From contig CM059431.1 of assembly GCA_030390025.1 (NCBI GenBank), positions 117,120,001 to 117,184,000 of the forward strand: 64,000 nucleotides of DNA, read 5' to 3'. This document shows positions 12,833 through 25,152 of this stretch, in pieces. Position 1 is the stretch's first letter. Each line of letters begins with the position of its first letter. The position numbers and the translations under genes are program-made. The notes below the pieces were generated by a model. It made no database searches. It saw only the letters and a program-made list of their open reading frames with translations, and was not told the DNA's origin. This stretch comes from Squalus acanthias (lineage: Eukaryota).

Positions 12833-14173
12833 AATAAAACCCCAGATCCCCACTGCTCATCACTTCCCCATCTTACCATCCCTCTATCATGGAACATCAC
12901 AGCATCCTCCTGGGCACAAAGCTGAAATGAGAGCCACGACAAAACACACATTCCAAACATAATTTATAAATGAATCAAATTTAAATCAAAAGAACAAAGC
13001 CAACTAATCACCATTGTGAATTCCGTTAGTGTCTGTCTTTCGTGTGCCTTTTCCTGCTCTCGTGCTCCTACAAAGTACTCCCCCACTGGCTCCAGTATAG
13101 CTCCAAGCTCTGCGCAAATCCCCGTGCAATGTCGGAGCCGGACTCCTCCATGCTCCTTGACATGGACAAGAGGCTCTCTGACAGGCTTGCCATTGCACCA
13201 GGCATTTCTGTGTATGGCCTTCTTCTAAAGATTGTTCCATCAAGCTCATCATCTGAGTCCTGTGCAGCAGAACTGGTGTGCGAACTCACCCTCCTGGGAG
13301 TTGGCACCTGAGCTACACTTTCCCCTGGCCTGGCTGCAGCCCACTCGTGCTCAGTGACTCACTGCGTGCAGATCCCGCCTCTATACGCGCAGTGCCATTT
13401 TCTGAGCTGGTGTCTGCGAGTGTCAGATGCAGTGCCGCTGTGTCTTCTTCTCCTCCATCACTCTCCTCAAGAACTTCAGGGACAGGCTGGCCAGGTTGGA
13501 GTTCTTGGATATCTGAAAGGAGAAAGGCACAAGAGTCAGGTTGTGGTGAGGGGAGGGGTGGGACGGGGGGCGGCGTGGGGTTAGGGAAAGCAAGATACCC
13601 ATGCATACACCATCAGGAGCAAGAATTAAGGATGGGCAATAAACGCTGACCTTGCCAATGATGCCCACATCTCGGAACAAATTTTTAAAAAAGAAGAGAT
13701 TGTGGGATGACAGGGAAGTGAGATTTGAGAAAAAGGTATGAGCATAAGATCATCATCAGCAATGCTTTCCACTTTTCCGTTTGCCACAGACTCTGTGCCT
13801 CTAATTATTTCCAGCCCTGCTTTCTCCAGGTCCATCAGATTCTCAATTCTTGCTTGGCCTTCACCTGTCAAAGACAAAATTAAAGGCGCTTTATCTGAAT
13901 ACACGCAGCATTCGTAACAAGATAAATGAGTTGATGGCACAATTAGAAATAAATGGGTATGATCTGATAGCCATTACAGAGACGTGGTTGCAAGGTGACC
14001 AAGGCTGGGAACTGAATATTCAGGGGTATTTGACATTTCGGAAGGAAAGGCAGAAAGGAAAAGGAGGTGTGGTAGCTTTGTTAATAAAGGATGAGATCAG
14101 TGCAGTAGTGAGAAATTATATTGGCTCAGAAGATCAAGATGTAGAATCAGTTTGGGTGAAGATAAGAAATAAT

Positions 14174-14915
14174 GGCCCAAAAATTAGTGCCGCTACGCGA
14201 GAGTACGCACTGCGTACTCTCGCATATTCTGTCTCCAATTGCCGGTTTTCTGCATGCACTGCGCATGCGCTGAAAACCGGCACTTGGTGAATGGAAAAGG
14301 GGGCGGGTCCTAGGTGAACCGCGTGCGTGCTACAGGCTGCGCGCACGCTGTGCACTTAGTGGTTTCAACGCGCAGGTAAGTACGGAAGATTCTACACATA
14401 AAAAAAGGAGGAGTAAGACCCACTTTTAACAAGGTAAGTAGTGAATTAAGTATTATTTTGAATTTTTTTTAACAGGTATATCTTTTTTAGAGACTTTAAA
14501 GACAGGTAAGTTTATTTTTATAACTTTTTAAAAGATTTTAAATTTTTTCAAAAATTAAATTTTTTATTTAAAATGGTTAATTTATTTAACTATACTTATT
14601 TTATTAATGTGATGGTTTTTTTTAAATTTAATTGAGGTTTAGCGGTTCTTTTGGGGGGCTATAGTATTCATAGCTTTCACAGCACTTATGTGAAAGTTAT
14701 GAATGGAAGATGGTGTGCTACCATTGGCTCTAACTGAGTCACGTGATCCCACAGCTCGCACGAATTAACTGCGCCGGTGGGATACGCAAGCCCAGCACAC
14801 CAGCTGTCCAGAACATCAAGTTCGTGCGAGCTGGAACTGAAAAAGCCAACGCGCAGTGAGAGATCGCGGGGAGGCCTTACCCTCGCACGAAGGCTCACTC
14901 ACGAATTTTTGGGCC
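14174..14915 (+). mobile_element. Harbinger-type MITE, family A
   Basis: TIRs GGCCCAAAAATTAGTG / CACGAATTTTTGGGCC, TSD AAT. It interrupts the CR1 reading IRNN|KGKKS. Confidence 0.9.
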
Positions 14916-16431
14916 AATAAAGGAAAAAAGTCACTGGTGGAATAGCCTATAGGCCCCCTAACAGTAGCTACACTGTAGGACAGAGTGTAAATCAAGAAAT
15001 AATGGAGACTTGTAAGAAAGGTAATGCAATAATCATGGGCGATTTTAATCTTCATATAGATTGGACAAATCAAATTGACAAAGGTAGCCTTGAGGAAGAG
15101 TCCATAGAGTGTATTCGGGATGGTTTCTTAGAACAATACATTGTGGAACCAACCAGGGTGCAGGCTATTTTAGATCTGGTAATGTGTAATGAGATAGGAT
15201 TAATTAATGATCTCATAGTAATGGATCCTCTAGGGAAGAGTGATCATAGCATGTTAGAATTTCAAATTCAGTTTGAGGGTGAGAAACGTGGGTCTCAAAT
15301 TAGTGTCCTGATCTTATATAAAGGCAATTACAAAGGTATGAAGACAGAGTTGGCTAAAGTGGACTGGGAAAATAGATCAAAGGGTAAGACGGTAGATAAG
15401 CAGTAGCAGACATTTAAGGAAATATTTCATAACTCTCAGCAAAGATATATTCCAGTGAGAAAGAAAGACTCTAAGAGAAGAATGAACCATCCGTGGCTAA
15501 CTAAGGAAGTTAAGGATGGTATCAAATTGAAAACAAAGGCATACAATGATGCGAAGATCAGTGGTAGGCCAGAGGATTGGGAAATTTTTAGAAACCAGCA
15601 AAGGATGACTAAAAAATTAATGAGAGAGAAGATAGATTATGAAAGTAAGCTAGCAAGAAATATAAAAACAGACATTAAGAGCTTCTACAGGTATATAAAA
15701 AGGAAGAGAGTAACTAAAGTAAATGTTGGTCCCTTAGAGGATGGAACTGGGGAATTAATAATGGGAAACAGGGAAATGGCAGAGATTTTGAACAAATATT
15801 TTGTATCAGTCATCACAGTAGAAGACACTAAAAACATTCCAGTAATAATAGATAATCAAGGGGCTTAAAACAATCACCACCACTAAAGAAAAAGTACTAG
15901 GCAAACTTATGGGACTAAAGGTGGACAAGTCTCTTGATGGCCTGCATCTTAGGGTCTTAAAAGAAGTGGCTGCAGAGATAGTGGATGCATTGGTTGTAAT
16001 CTACCAAAATTCCCTGGATTCTGGAGATGTCCCAGCAGATTGGAAAAGCGCAAATGTAACACCCCTATTCAAGAAAGGAGGGAGACAGAAAGCAGGAATC
16101 TATAGACCAGTTAGTCTAACATCTGCCATTGGGAAAATGCTGGAGTCCATTATTAAGGAAGTAGTAGCAGGACATTTAGAAAATCATAATACAGTCAAGC
16201 AGAGTCAGCATGGTTTTATGAAAGGGAAATCATGTTTGACAAATTTGCTAGAGTTCTTTGAGGATGTAACGAGCAGGGTGATAAAGGGGAACTAGTAGAT
16301 GTAGTGTATTTGGATTTCCAGAAGGCATTTGAAAGGTACCACATAAAAGGTTACTGCACAAGATAAGAGCTCATGGGGTTGAGTTAATATATTAGCATGG
16401 CTAGAGGATTGGCTAACTAACAGGAAACAGA

Positions 16432-17265
16432 GGGCTGGATTTTGTGAATGGAGACGAGATGGAGGTGGGACTGCTGCTTGTCGTGTCAATGTCCCGCCTC
16501 CATTCTCGTCTGACCAACCAGAGGGATTTTCCCCTGATTGACCTTGTGAAGCCCACCCTGCGGGCTCAGCAGGACAATTAGGGAGGAAGTCACTGACAGA
16601 GCACGTCAACGTCAGATGTGCTATCTGTCAAGACTTCTTGAAAGAAGAAATGTCAGCGTTTGACAGCTCTGTGAAGGTGTCAAACATTGACATTCTCTGT
16701 AGTTTGATGAGTTCTTGTGCTCAGGACTCATCAAACCTTTCAACTTCGTAAATTTCACATGGCTGTTGGATCGGAGGATCCAACAGTCAGTCTGTGAAAA
16801 TGACAAGGAGGATGTCGGGTCTCCCGATCCAGCATGGCTGAAGGCTGTAGGAAGAAAACAAGATAAGTGAACAATTTTTAAAACTTATCACTCACCTTAC
16901 ATACTTACCACTCCACATTTGCGCCCATCACTCACCTCTACATCTTACATCCAGGTGCCTCCGACCGCCACAGACCTCCTCCACGTCTCCTCCAACCCAG
17001 CGGGGTTCTCTGAGGTCGGGAAGCCTTCACCTGTGAAGGTAAAATGGCTCTAATCCTTTTTTCTGCCTGTTAACTACCTGTTAACAGGCATTTAAAAGGA
17101 TTAAATGCCTTTCCCGCCTCCAGGAGACAGGATCCAAAGCAACACATCTTCCCGCCACCTGGCAAAAGGGCACGGGGGCGGGTTTGCCATCCGCCCCCAC
17201 TTTCTGCTGCTTTACCAGCAGTTCCACCTCCATGTCCGCCCCCTCGGGGTTAGAAAATCCAGCCC
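16432..17265. mobile_element. Harbinger-type MITE (GGGCTGGATTTT termini)
   Basis: TIRs GGGCTGGATTTT / AAAATCCAGCCC, TSD AGA. Confidence 0.9.
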
Positions 17266-17458
17266 AGAGAGTCAGGATAAATGGATCATTTTCAGGTTGG
17301 CAAACTGTAACTAGTGGGGTGCCACAGGGATCAATGCTGGGGCCTCAGCTGTTTACAATCTATATTAATGACTTGGATGAAGGGACCAAGTGTAATGTAG
17401 CCAAATTTGCTGAAGATACAAAGATAGGTGGGAAAGCAAGTTGTGAGGAGGACACAAA

Positions 17459-18277
17459 GGCCGGAATTTTGCTGGCGCTCAGGGGTTGGGTTTGGAGGCG
17501 GGACATCCGGCAAAATTGCAAAGATTGACAGTGGGTCGGAAACCTGCTGTCAACCCGCCTCCAAAACAATCTTCCCAGCTGTCGGGTCCCTGATTTGTGC
17601 ATGGACCCGACACCTAGCGGCGGAAGAAGATTATAGGCACTTAACTGCTTGTTAACAGGCAGTTAAGAGGCTTTTTGCAATTTTGACAGGTTTACTGTGG
17701 CTTCCCGACATCCGGACACCATGCCAGGTAAATGTGGCATGCTGTGGGTCTACTGTAATGTTTCTGCATTGATGACAGCTGCAGAAGTGGTGTGAAGGGT
17801 CCAATGGTACACTGGTGACTTTTAGAGCTAAGAAAATGTTGGGAAATGATCTTTAAGGTACTTAGACTTTTCTGTAGGGGAGAAGTTTTGAATTGTTTGT
17901 GGCAGAACCTCTCTCACCAGTGACAGATCGCTTCTGTAACCTCACCTGCTGCTGCCTAAGGAGGGAGTCACTGGAGAGTCTGGGTGCAAGGGCTCATCTT
18001 TGTAGAGTGATTATCAGTGTTTGCAGCACCTCAATACTGTCAAACACTGAAAAATCAGCTGTCAAAAAAATTGTGCGTGGCCCCTTTAAGAAAACCAGCA
18101 GATGACGTTATCTGACACCAGCTTTCTCTTAATTGGCTGGCAAGCCTGCAGGGCGGGCTTAACAAGGCCAATTGACGCAAAATCGCGTCTGTGCGTCGGA
18201 TGTCACTGGGGGCGGGATTGGAACCCGGAAGGCAGCTGTCCCGCCCCCAAGCCGCATCGAGAGGAAAAATCGCAGCC
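17459..18277. mobile_element. Harbinger-type non-autonomous element related to 59677-61433
   Basis: TIRs GGCCGGAATTTT / AAAATCGCAGCC, TSD AAA. Shares internal blocks such as TCAGTGTTTGCAGCACCTCAAT with 59677-61433. Confidence 0.85.
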
Positions 18278-21200
18278 AAAGAATCTGCAAAGGGATATAG
18301 ATAGGTTAAGTGAGTGGGCAAAAAATTGGCAGATGGTGTATAATGTGGGAAAATGTGAGGTTATCCACTTAGGTAGGAAAAATAAAAAAATAAATTATTA
18401 TTTAAATTGGAGGGAGACTACAAAATGCTGCAGTACAGAGGGATCTGGGGGTCCTTGTACATGAAACACAAAAAGTTAGCATGCAGGTACAGCAAGTAAT
18501 TAGGAAGGCAAATGGAATGTTGGCCTTTATTGCAAGGGGGAATGGAGTATAAAAGTAGGGAAGTCTTGCTACAACTGTACAGGGCATTGGTGAGACCACA
18601 ACTGGAGTCCTGCATATAGTTTTGGTCTCCTTATTTAAGGAGGGATATACTTGCATTGGAGGCAGTTCAGAGAAGGTTCACTCGGTTATTTCCTGAGATG
18701 AAGGTGTTGTTTTATGAAGAAAGATTGAGCAGGTTGGGCCTATACTTAGACGAATGAGAGGTGATCTTATTGCAACATAGAAGATTCTGAGGGGGCTTGA
18801 CAGGGTAGATGCAGAGAGAATGATTCCCCTCATGGGGGAATCTAGAATTAGGGGGCATAATTTCAGAATAAGGGGTCGCCCATTGAAAATGGAGATGAGG
18901 AGGAATTACTCCTCTCAGAGAGTCGTGAATCTTTGGTATTCTCTACCTCAGAGAGTTGTGGAGGCTGGGTCATTGAATATATTTAAGGTGGAGATAGACA
19001 GATTTTGAATGATAAGGGAGTGAAGGGTTTTGGGGAGCGAACAGAAAAGTGGAGTTGATGCCAAGGCCAGATCAGCCATGATCTTATTGAATGGCGGAGC
19101 AGGCTCGAGGGGCCAAATGGCCTACTCCTGCTCCTATTTCTTATGTTCTTATGTCTGCTGGAGCTCCTGTAGATTGTGCGCCACCTTTGCCTGCAAGAGA
19201 AAGGAAGGTGTGTCAGTGAGTGTGGTGCAATGTGTTTGGGTGATGTGCCACCCATGAGTGAATAGTTAGCAGTGTGTGCAAGGTGTGAGATGTGGGTGTG
19301 AATGTTACAGCAGTGGTAAATGGGTGAGAATGAAGTGAAGCTATGATTGTGAGGTATGAGCGATGATAGCTCAAGATTGTTGGTAGGTGAGTGATGGGGG
19401 TGTGGTGCATTGAGCAGTGTGTGAGGCTTGTTGTGCAAATGGTGGGATAAGGCATTTGTTGATGCAATCACTCACCTTGACCACTCGGGTGAGGTCATTA
19501 AACTTTTTTGCGACACTGGATCCAGGTCTAGGACGACACCCTTCGCAGTGAAGACTTGCGTGATCTCCTCCCAGATCCTACTTGTGGTCATCCTTGAAGG
19601 CTTCCTGCACCCCTGTGGGTAGGGGACATCACAGTGTCTTTGGACCCCAGGACCAAGGCCTCCAGTGCTGCATCAGAAAATCATCTAGCCCTTTCCTGTG
19701 GCTGTTGGGCCATAGTTTCTTTCGACTGACAACAAGGTGCCTCTGCAACAAAGCACCTCCCTTTTAAGTAGTGGTGAGAGCCTAGGCAATACGTCATTGT
19801 CCAGTAGACTGCACCCAATGTTGCCCCCCCAAACCCTGTTGAGCACTAAGCCAATCAGCAGCACCTTTAGTGCTGAGATCAGCGCTGCAATCATGTAAAT
19901 GAGCAGGTAGCACAAATTTTGCATGCTTCCTGCACCACTTTGAATGGGCGCAGGAAAATAGCGCTGGACAACGCCCCCGCCCATTTTTGGGCCTTATACA
20001 ATTTCTAGGCCTAAGTTTCTAAATGGGAGAGAGGAGCAGGGGGATTGGGGATACAGTTACATAGATCACTAAAAATAGCGATGCAGGTTAATAAGGCAAT
20101 AAAAAAAGCAAACAAAGCACTTGGGTTCATTTTTAGAGGGATAGAATTGAAAAGCAGAAAAGCTATGTTAAACTTGTATATACCCTTTGTTAGACCACAC
20201 TTGGAGTACTGTGAACAGTTCTGGTCTCCATATTTTAAAAATGGGTATAGAGACACTGGAGCAGGTTCAAAAATATTTACTAGAATGATACCAAAACTCA
20301 GAGGTTATACCTACCAGGAAAGATTGAATGTACGGGGGCTCTTTTCTCTAGAAACGAGCCTCCGCATGTTCAATCAGTACGCCAAGTGTGATCTAACAAA
20401 GGGTCTATACAAGTTTAACATGACGTTTCTGCTTTTCTAGATCAGTATGTTGAGGAACCAACAAGGGAATTGGCTATTTTAGCTCTAGTATTGTGCAATG
20501 AGAAAGGGTTAATTAATAACCTTGTATTAAATGTGCCTTTAGGGAAGAGTGACCATAATATGATAGAATTCTACATTGAGTTTGAAAGTGATTTAGTTAA
20601 GTCCGAAACTAGGGTCTTAAATCTAAACAAAGCAAGCTATGTAGGTATGAGGGGACGAGTTGGCTAAGGTAGATTGGGAAACTACATTAAAAGGTATGAC
20701 AACAGACAAGCAATGGCTAGCATTTAAAGAATGAATACATAATTTACAACAAATATATATTCCTTTAAGGCACAAAAATCCCACAGGAAAAGTGGTCCTA
20801 CCGTGGCTAACAAGAGAAGCTAAAGATAGTATTAGATCAAAGGAAGAGGCTTATAATGTTGCCAAAAAGTGTAGCAAGCCTGAGGATTGGGAGGATTTTA
20901 GAATTCAGCAAAGGAGGACCAAGAAATTGATAAGGAATGAGAAAAAAGAATATGAGAATAAGTTAGCAAGAGACATAAAAACAGTTTTTAAAGGTTTCTA
21001 TAGATATGTAAATAGGAAGAGATTAGTGAAAGTAAACGTGGGCCAATTAGAGTCAGAGACAGGAGAAATTATAATGGACAATAAGGAAATGGCAGACACA
21101 TTAAACAAATACTTTGTATCTGTCTTCACGGTAGAAGACACAAAAACATTCCGGAAATAATGGGGAACCAAGGGTCTAGAGAGAATGAGGAACTTAAAGA

Positions 21201-21768
21201 AATCAGTATAAGTAAAGACATAGTACTGGATTAATTAATGGGACTAAGTGGCGACAAATCCCCAGGACCTGACGACCTGCATCCTAGGGTTTTAAAAGAG
21301 GTAGCTGCTGAGACAGTGGATGCACTGATATTAATCTTCCAGAATTCCCTACATTCTAGAACAGTCCCCAAAGATTGGAAGGTAGCAAACATAATCCCGC
21401 TATTTTCGAAAGGAGGAAGAGAAAAAACGGGGAACTACAGATCAGTTAGCCTGACATCAGTAGTAGGTAAAATGCTAGAATCTATTATTAGGGACGTGGT
21501 AACAGGGCACTTAGAAAATCATAATATGATTAGGCAGAGTCAACATGACTTTATAAAAGAGAAATCATGTTTGACAAATCAGTTAGAGTTTTTTGAAGAT
21601 GTAACTAGTAGAATGGATAAGTGGGAACCAGTGGATGTAGTGTATTTGGATTTTCAAAAAGCATGTGATAAGGTGCCACATAAGAGGTGATTACACAAAA
21701 TTAGGATCATGGGATTGGGGGTAATATATTAGCATGGATTGAGGATTGATTGATGGTCAGAAAACATT

Positions 21769-22707
21769 GGGGGAGAAATTCATTATAGCCCAGGAATGGG
21801 CGGTAACTTCTGAAAAGTTTGAGAATTAGCGCCAGGCGCTAATGCTTCAGACTGCACACAACATTAAGAATTATTGCACAAAGAAAGGATTGGAGCGCTA
21901 AATCAAGCACTAATGGCCTAGCTCAGTGGTGTTAAACTCGAAGCGCTGACCAATATCAGGTGCAGTCTAATCACAAGTCATTGCCACAGGCTCTTTCCAG
22001 TTCTTCGAGGTTCATTGATGCTGCAGAACCTCATTCTCATCATTGGTGGCTGTGCAGCCATCTCAGCCAGCAGCAGCAGGTGAAGGAGACAGATGACTCA
22101 AGCAGCCCTCATGGCCCTTCTCCTCCCTCTGGCCACATGTTCCAATCTTTCTCGCTGCCTCCACTCCCTCTGCAATAGATCCTGGAGGACAAGGTCGACT
22201 GCCAGTACAGCCTCCATTAATGTAACCAAGTGTAGCACTTTGATATGCTGTGAGAATAAATGTAACTAATTGTTAGTAGCCACAACACTCCTGATAATAA
22301 ACAACCTTTAAATGATTGAATTAAACTATTGCACAATGTCAAACTGACAAGGAAGCAATGAAACAGCACTAACCTGAGAGCAGCAACTCATTACTCATGA
22401 TGCTTTTAAGTAGCGCCCCTAGAGTGGGCATCTGCCTGCTTGATGCCTCCTCTCCCTGTCGCTGTCGGGGCGATGTGCTAAGTTAGGGGATGACAATGAA
22501 TTTTGAAGATCGGGTGCCCGCTCACTGACATCACAATCTGCCTGGCGTTGAAGGTTCCGGCGGTAACTGTTAATGGCAGCACTACAGGGGGGCCGGATTT
22601 GCCATGCGGCACTGGATTCACCTCACTCCAGTGCTACTGCATCAGTGTCCCATTAGCGCCCCTGCCAGGTGCTAACGGGAGGCATTAACCAAATGAATTT
22701 ATCCCCC
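21769..22707. mobile_element. Harbinger-type MITE (GGGGGAGAAATTCA family)
   Basis: TIRs GGGGGAGAAATTCAT / ATGAATTTATCCCCC. Related to 38275-39166. The flanks ATT and AGA do not match. Confidence 0.8.
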
Positions 22708-22947
22708 AGAGAGTAGGAATCAACGGGACTTTTTCAGGTTGGCAGGCTGTAAGTAGTGGGGTACTACAAGGATCAGTGCTTGGGCCTCAGCTATTTCTTT
22801 CTTCTTAGGCAGTCCCTCGGAACTGAGGATGACTTGCTTCCATATTAAAAATGAGTTCTCAGGTGACTGATGAATCCAATGCAGGACCTACAGTCTCTGT
22901 CACAGGTGGGGCAGACGGTGGTTGAAGGGACGGGTGGGTAGGGTGCT

Positions 22948-25152
22948 TGAAGGGATAATTACTACCCCAGATCAGGCGTATTCCCCAGACGTTCACCTTC
23001 AACTAAAGTCAGAGGTAGCCGAATTCTATAAGACGCTTAAATGGGTCTTAAGTTCCAGACTATCTCTCCCTAAAGGAAAGGAACGACGTGAAGATGTTAC
23101 CGTCCTCCAGATAGCACTTTTAATAAGTTTAACTAGACTGTAACCTTCCGGATATTATGAGGGTCCGGAATACCCCCCAGAATTCTGCAACTCCTCACAA
23201 AAGAGTATACAGAGATTGAGTTTGCGAGCTTGATACAGAAATACTAATTGAGACAATTCTAAAAATATATAAATTTATTAAAGAACCGACATTCAGTTAA
23301 CAGCTGATAAATCAATCGCGACTTTAACAGTTCAAAATACAAATAGCTTACATCTTCTTATTCTCAGAGATCCTTATTCTCAAATCTTAAACTTCATACA
23401 TTTTTACATTTCTTATTCTTAATCCAGAATATCCACCAAAATCAAAAAAGAGTACCTTGATCCCCGAGACTCAAAAAGCTAAAAACTTACAGAGTGTGCC
23501 CCTAAAGTTGAGAATCGCTTGCCCGTTTCCAGCGACTTCTCCCTTTCCATCTGAAAAGCTCTATTTTTATACCTTTTTTTAGTGGTTTATCCTTTGAAGT
23601 TTTCTGCTGATGTAAGCTAATTATCTCTAGTCATCTTTGTTGAATCCTTTCTATTCTTACTGTCATTTCAGCTGCCAACTCTCAGACTTCTATCTGTTGT
23701 TTAGGTGTTCAAAACGTATCATAAAATGGCTATAACTTATGTATCTATTTGATGTCATTTTTATCGAAGGTGTTCCATTCAATTCTAAAATGACCTAGCT
23801 GTTTGAAAACAGACGTCGTGTCTACTAACTATTCCATTTTCAATACAAAAACCATGGGCTGGATTTTCAATGACCTGTGGAGTCGGGTTTGGAGGTGTGT
23901 GGGGGGTTAAAATAGCGAAAAGTGGCGGGCGGACCAGATCCCGACTCCATTCCGCCTCCAAGCAACTTTGACAAAATCGGTCATGGGTTTCCCGACTCCG
24001 TCCTGCCTCCAAGAGGCGGGAGAGGCCATTAAAGCCCTTAACAAGCCCTAAATTGGCTCTGTAATGCCATTTTGAAACATTTTAGCTAGTTTAACCCTTT
24101 TACGACGTGAAGCACGCCTGATGTGAAACACGCCAGTGAAACCTGGCGGGAGCACAAGTGGATAGCTGACTATCAGCTGCAGGTCCACTATTACAACGGA
24201 GATGTGATGAAGGTAGTAGTAGTATTAGGTCTGAAAGTCGCCTCTGATGCTGCTGCATTGAATGTCTTCAGAAACTGCCTGGGAGGACTTGGTTGCAAAA
24301 AACATTCTTTCACTCTCTCTCTCTCCCTCTCTCTCTGTGAGATGCTGCTCATTTTGCATCCAGGTCCTCTCACAGCAAAGGCCAGGCAGTGTCTGAGACC
24401 AGGCAGTGTCTGAAAGCCTTCAATGCAGCAGCAATGATTACATCATCAGAGGCGACTTTCAGACTGAAACCACTAATTGGTTCATGGGTTCCCATATGCT
24501 GGAACTCAATTACCCAATTAGGTGAAAATTGCATCAATCTCCCACATCCAATTGCAGTCGGGTGGATAACACAAAATGCGGATGACACGACCCCAACCCG
24601 CCCCAGTATCAAAATCCAGCCCCATGTGATTGCTTAGTGTCATCTATTGAAGTCATATTTTCAAAGTGTTCTGTAGGTATCTTTTACAACATATAAATCA
24701 AAAACACTTCAACTGAGTATTTACTTGTTTTCTAGCTATCTCAGTTGGTTGTACCACAGACGTCGTGTCTGCTTGCTTCATTTGATGTGATATTATGAAG
24801 GCATATGGTTTTTTAATGTTCTAAGTTTCTGTTTCCCTGAGTGTTAGTTTATAACACTTTAAACTGGGTGATGTATTGTGTTTCTTCCAAAGCTTAGACT
24901 TTCTGGAAGCACCAATGGTTTGCTTCAATAGGGCCATTGTTTCTTGGTCAATATCCTATTCCCATTTCAAAAGCTTGTATGGTGTTTTACAGCTTTTGTT
25001 AACAACTGACCTTTATCTCAGAAGCCTGTATTGACACAGCCTGTGTTGCCGAGACTTTCCAGACTTTTAAACCCAGTATGTCATGTATTAATAATATCAG
25101 AAATCTGTTCATACGATGGTGTATCTCTTCGAATATGGCTATTTCCTTTACA
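22948..25152 (-). mobile_element. Solo LTR with a nested MITE
   Basis: TG...CA ends with GCT(T) flanking duplication. Minus-strand TATA near 23570 and AATAAA near 23275. Homologous to 57272-58486. Confidence 0.75.
23856..24622. mobile_element. Harbinger-type MITE
   Basis: TIRs GGGCTGGATTTT / AAAATCCAGCCC, TSD CAT. Internal inverted repeat 24230-24249 / 24444-24463. Confidence 0.9.

Larger units (their letters stand above)
13870..19153 (+). mobile_element. Decayed CR1 ORF2 (APE+RT) containing three nested MITEs
   Basis: LKALYLNTRSIRNK..AITETW, plus RT motifs and a TTCTTATG tail. TGTC repeat at the junctions. Confidence 0.9.
13060..19720 (-). pseudogene. Spliced Harbinger Myb/SANT-like gene, exon 2 split by a CR1
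   Basis: WEEI..KFNDLTRVVK|GTGAGT donor at 19476. Exon 2 reads AKVAHNLQELQQ (19190-19155) then TGEGQARIENL (from 13869 downward). Further acidic exon sequence lies at 13068-13515. Confidence 0.75.
11209..20011 (+). mobile_element. Formerly autonomous PIF/Harbinger transposon (transposase on +, Myb-like gene on -), interrupted by a CR1
   Basis: TSD TAA on both sides, degenerate TIRs GGTCACAAGATT / AATTTCTAGGCC, and two convergent genes. Confidence 0.85.
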
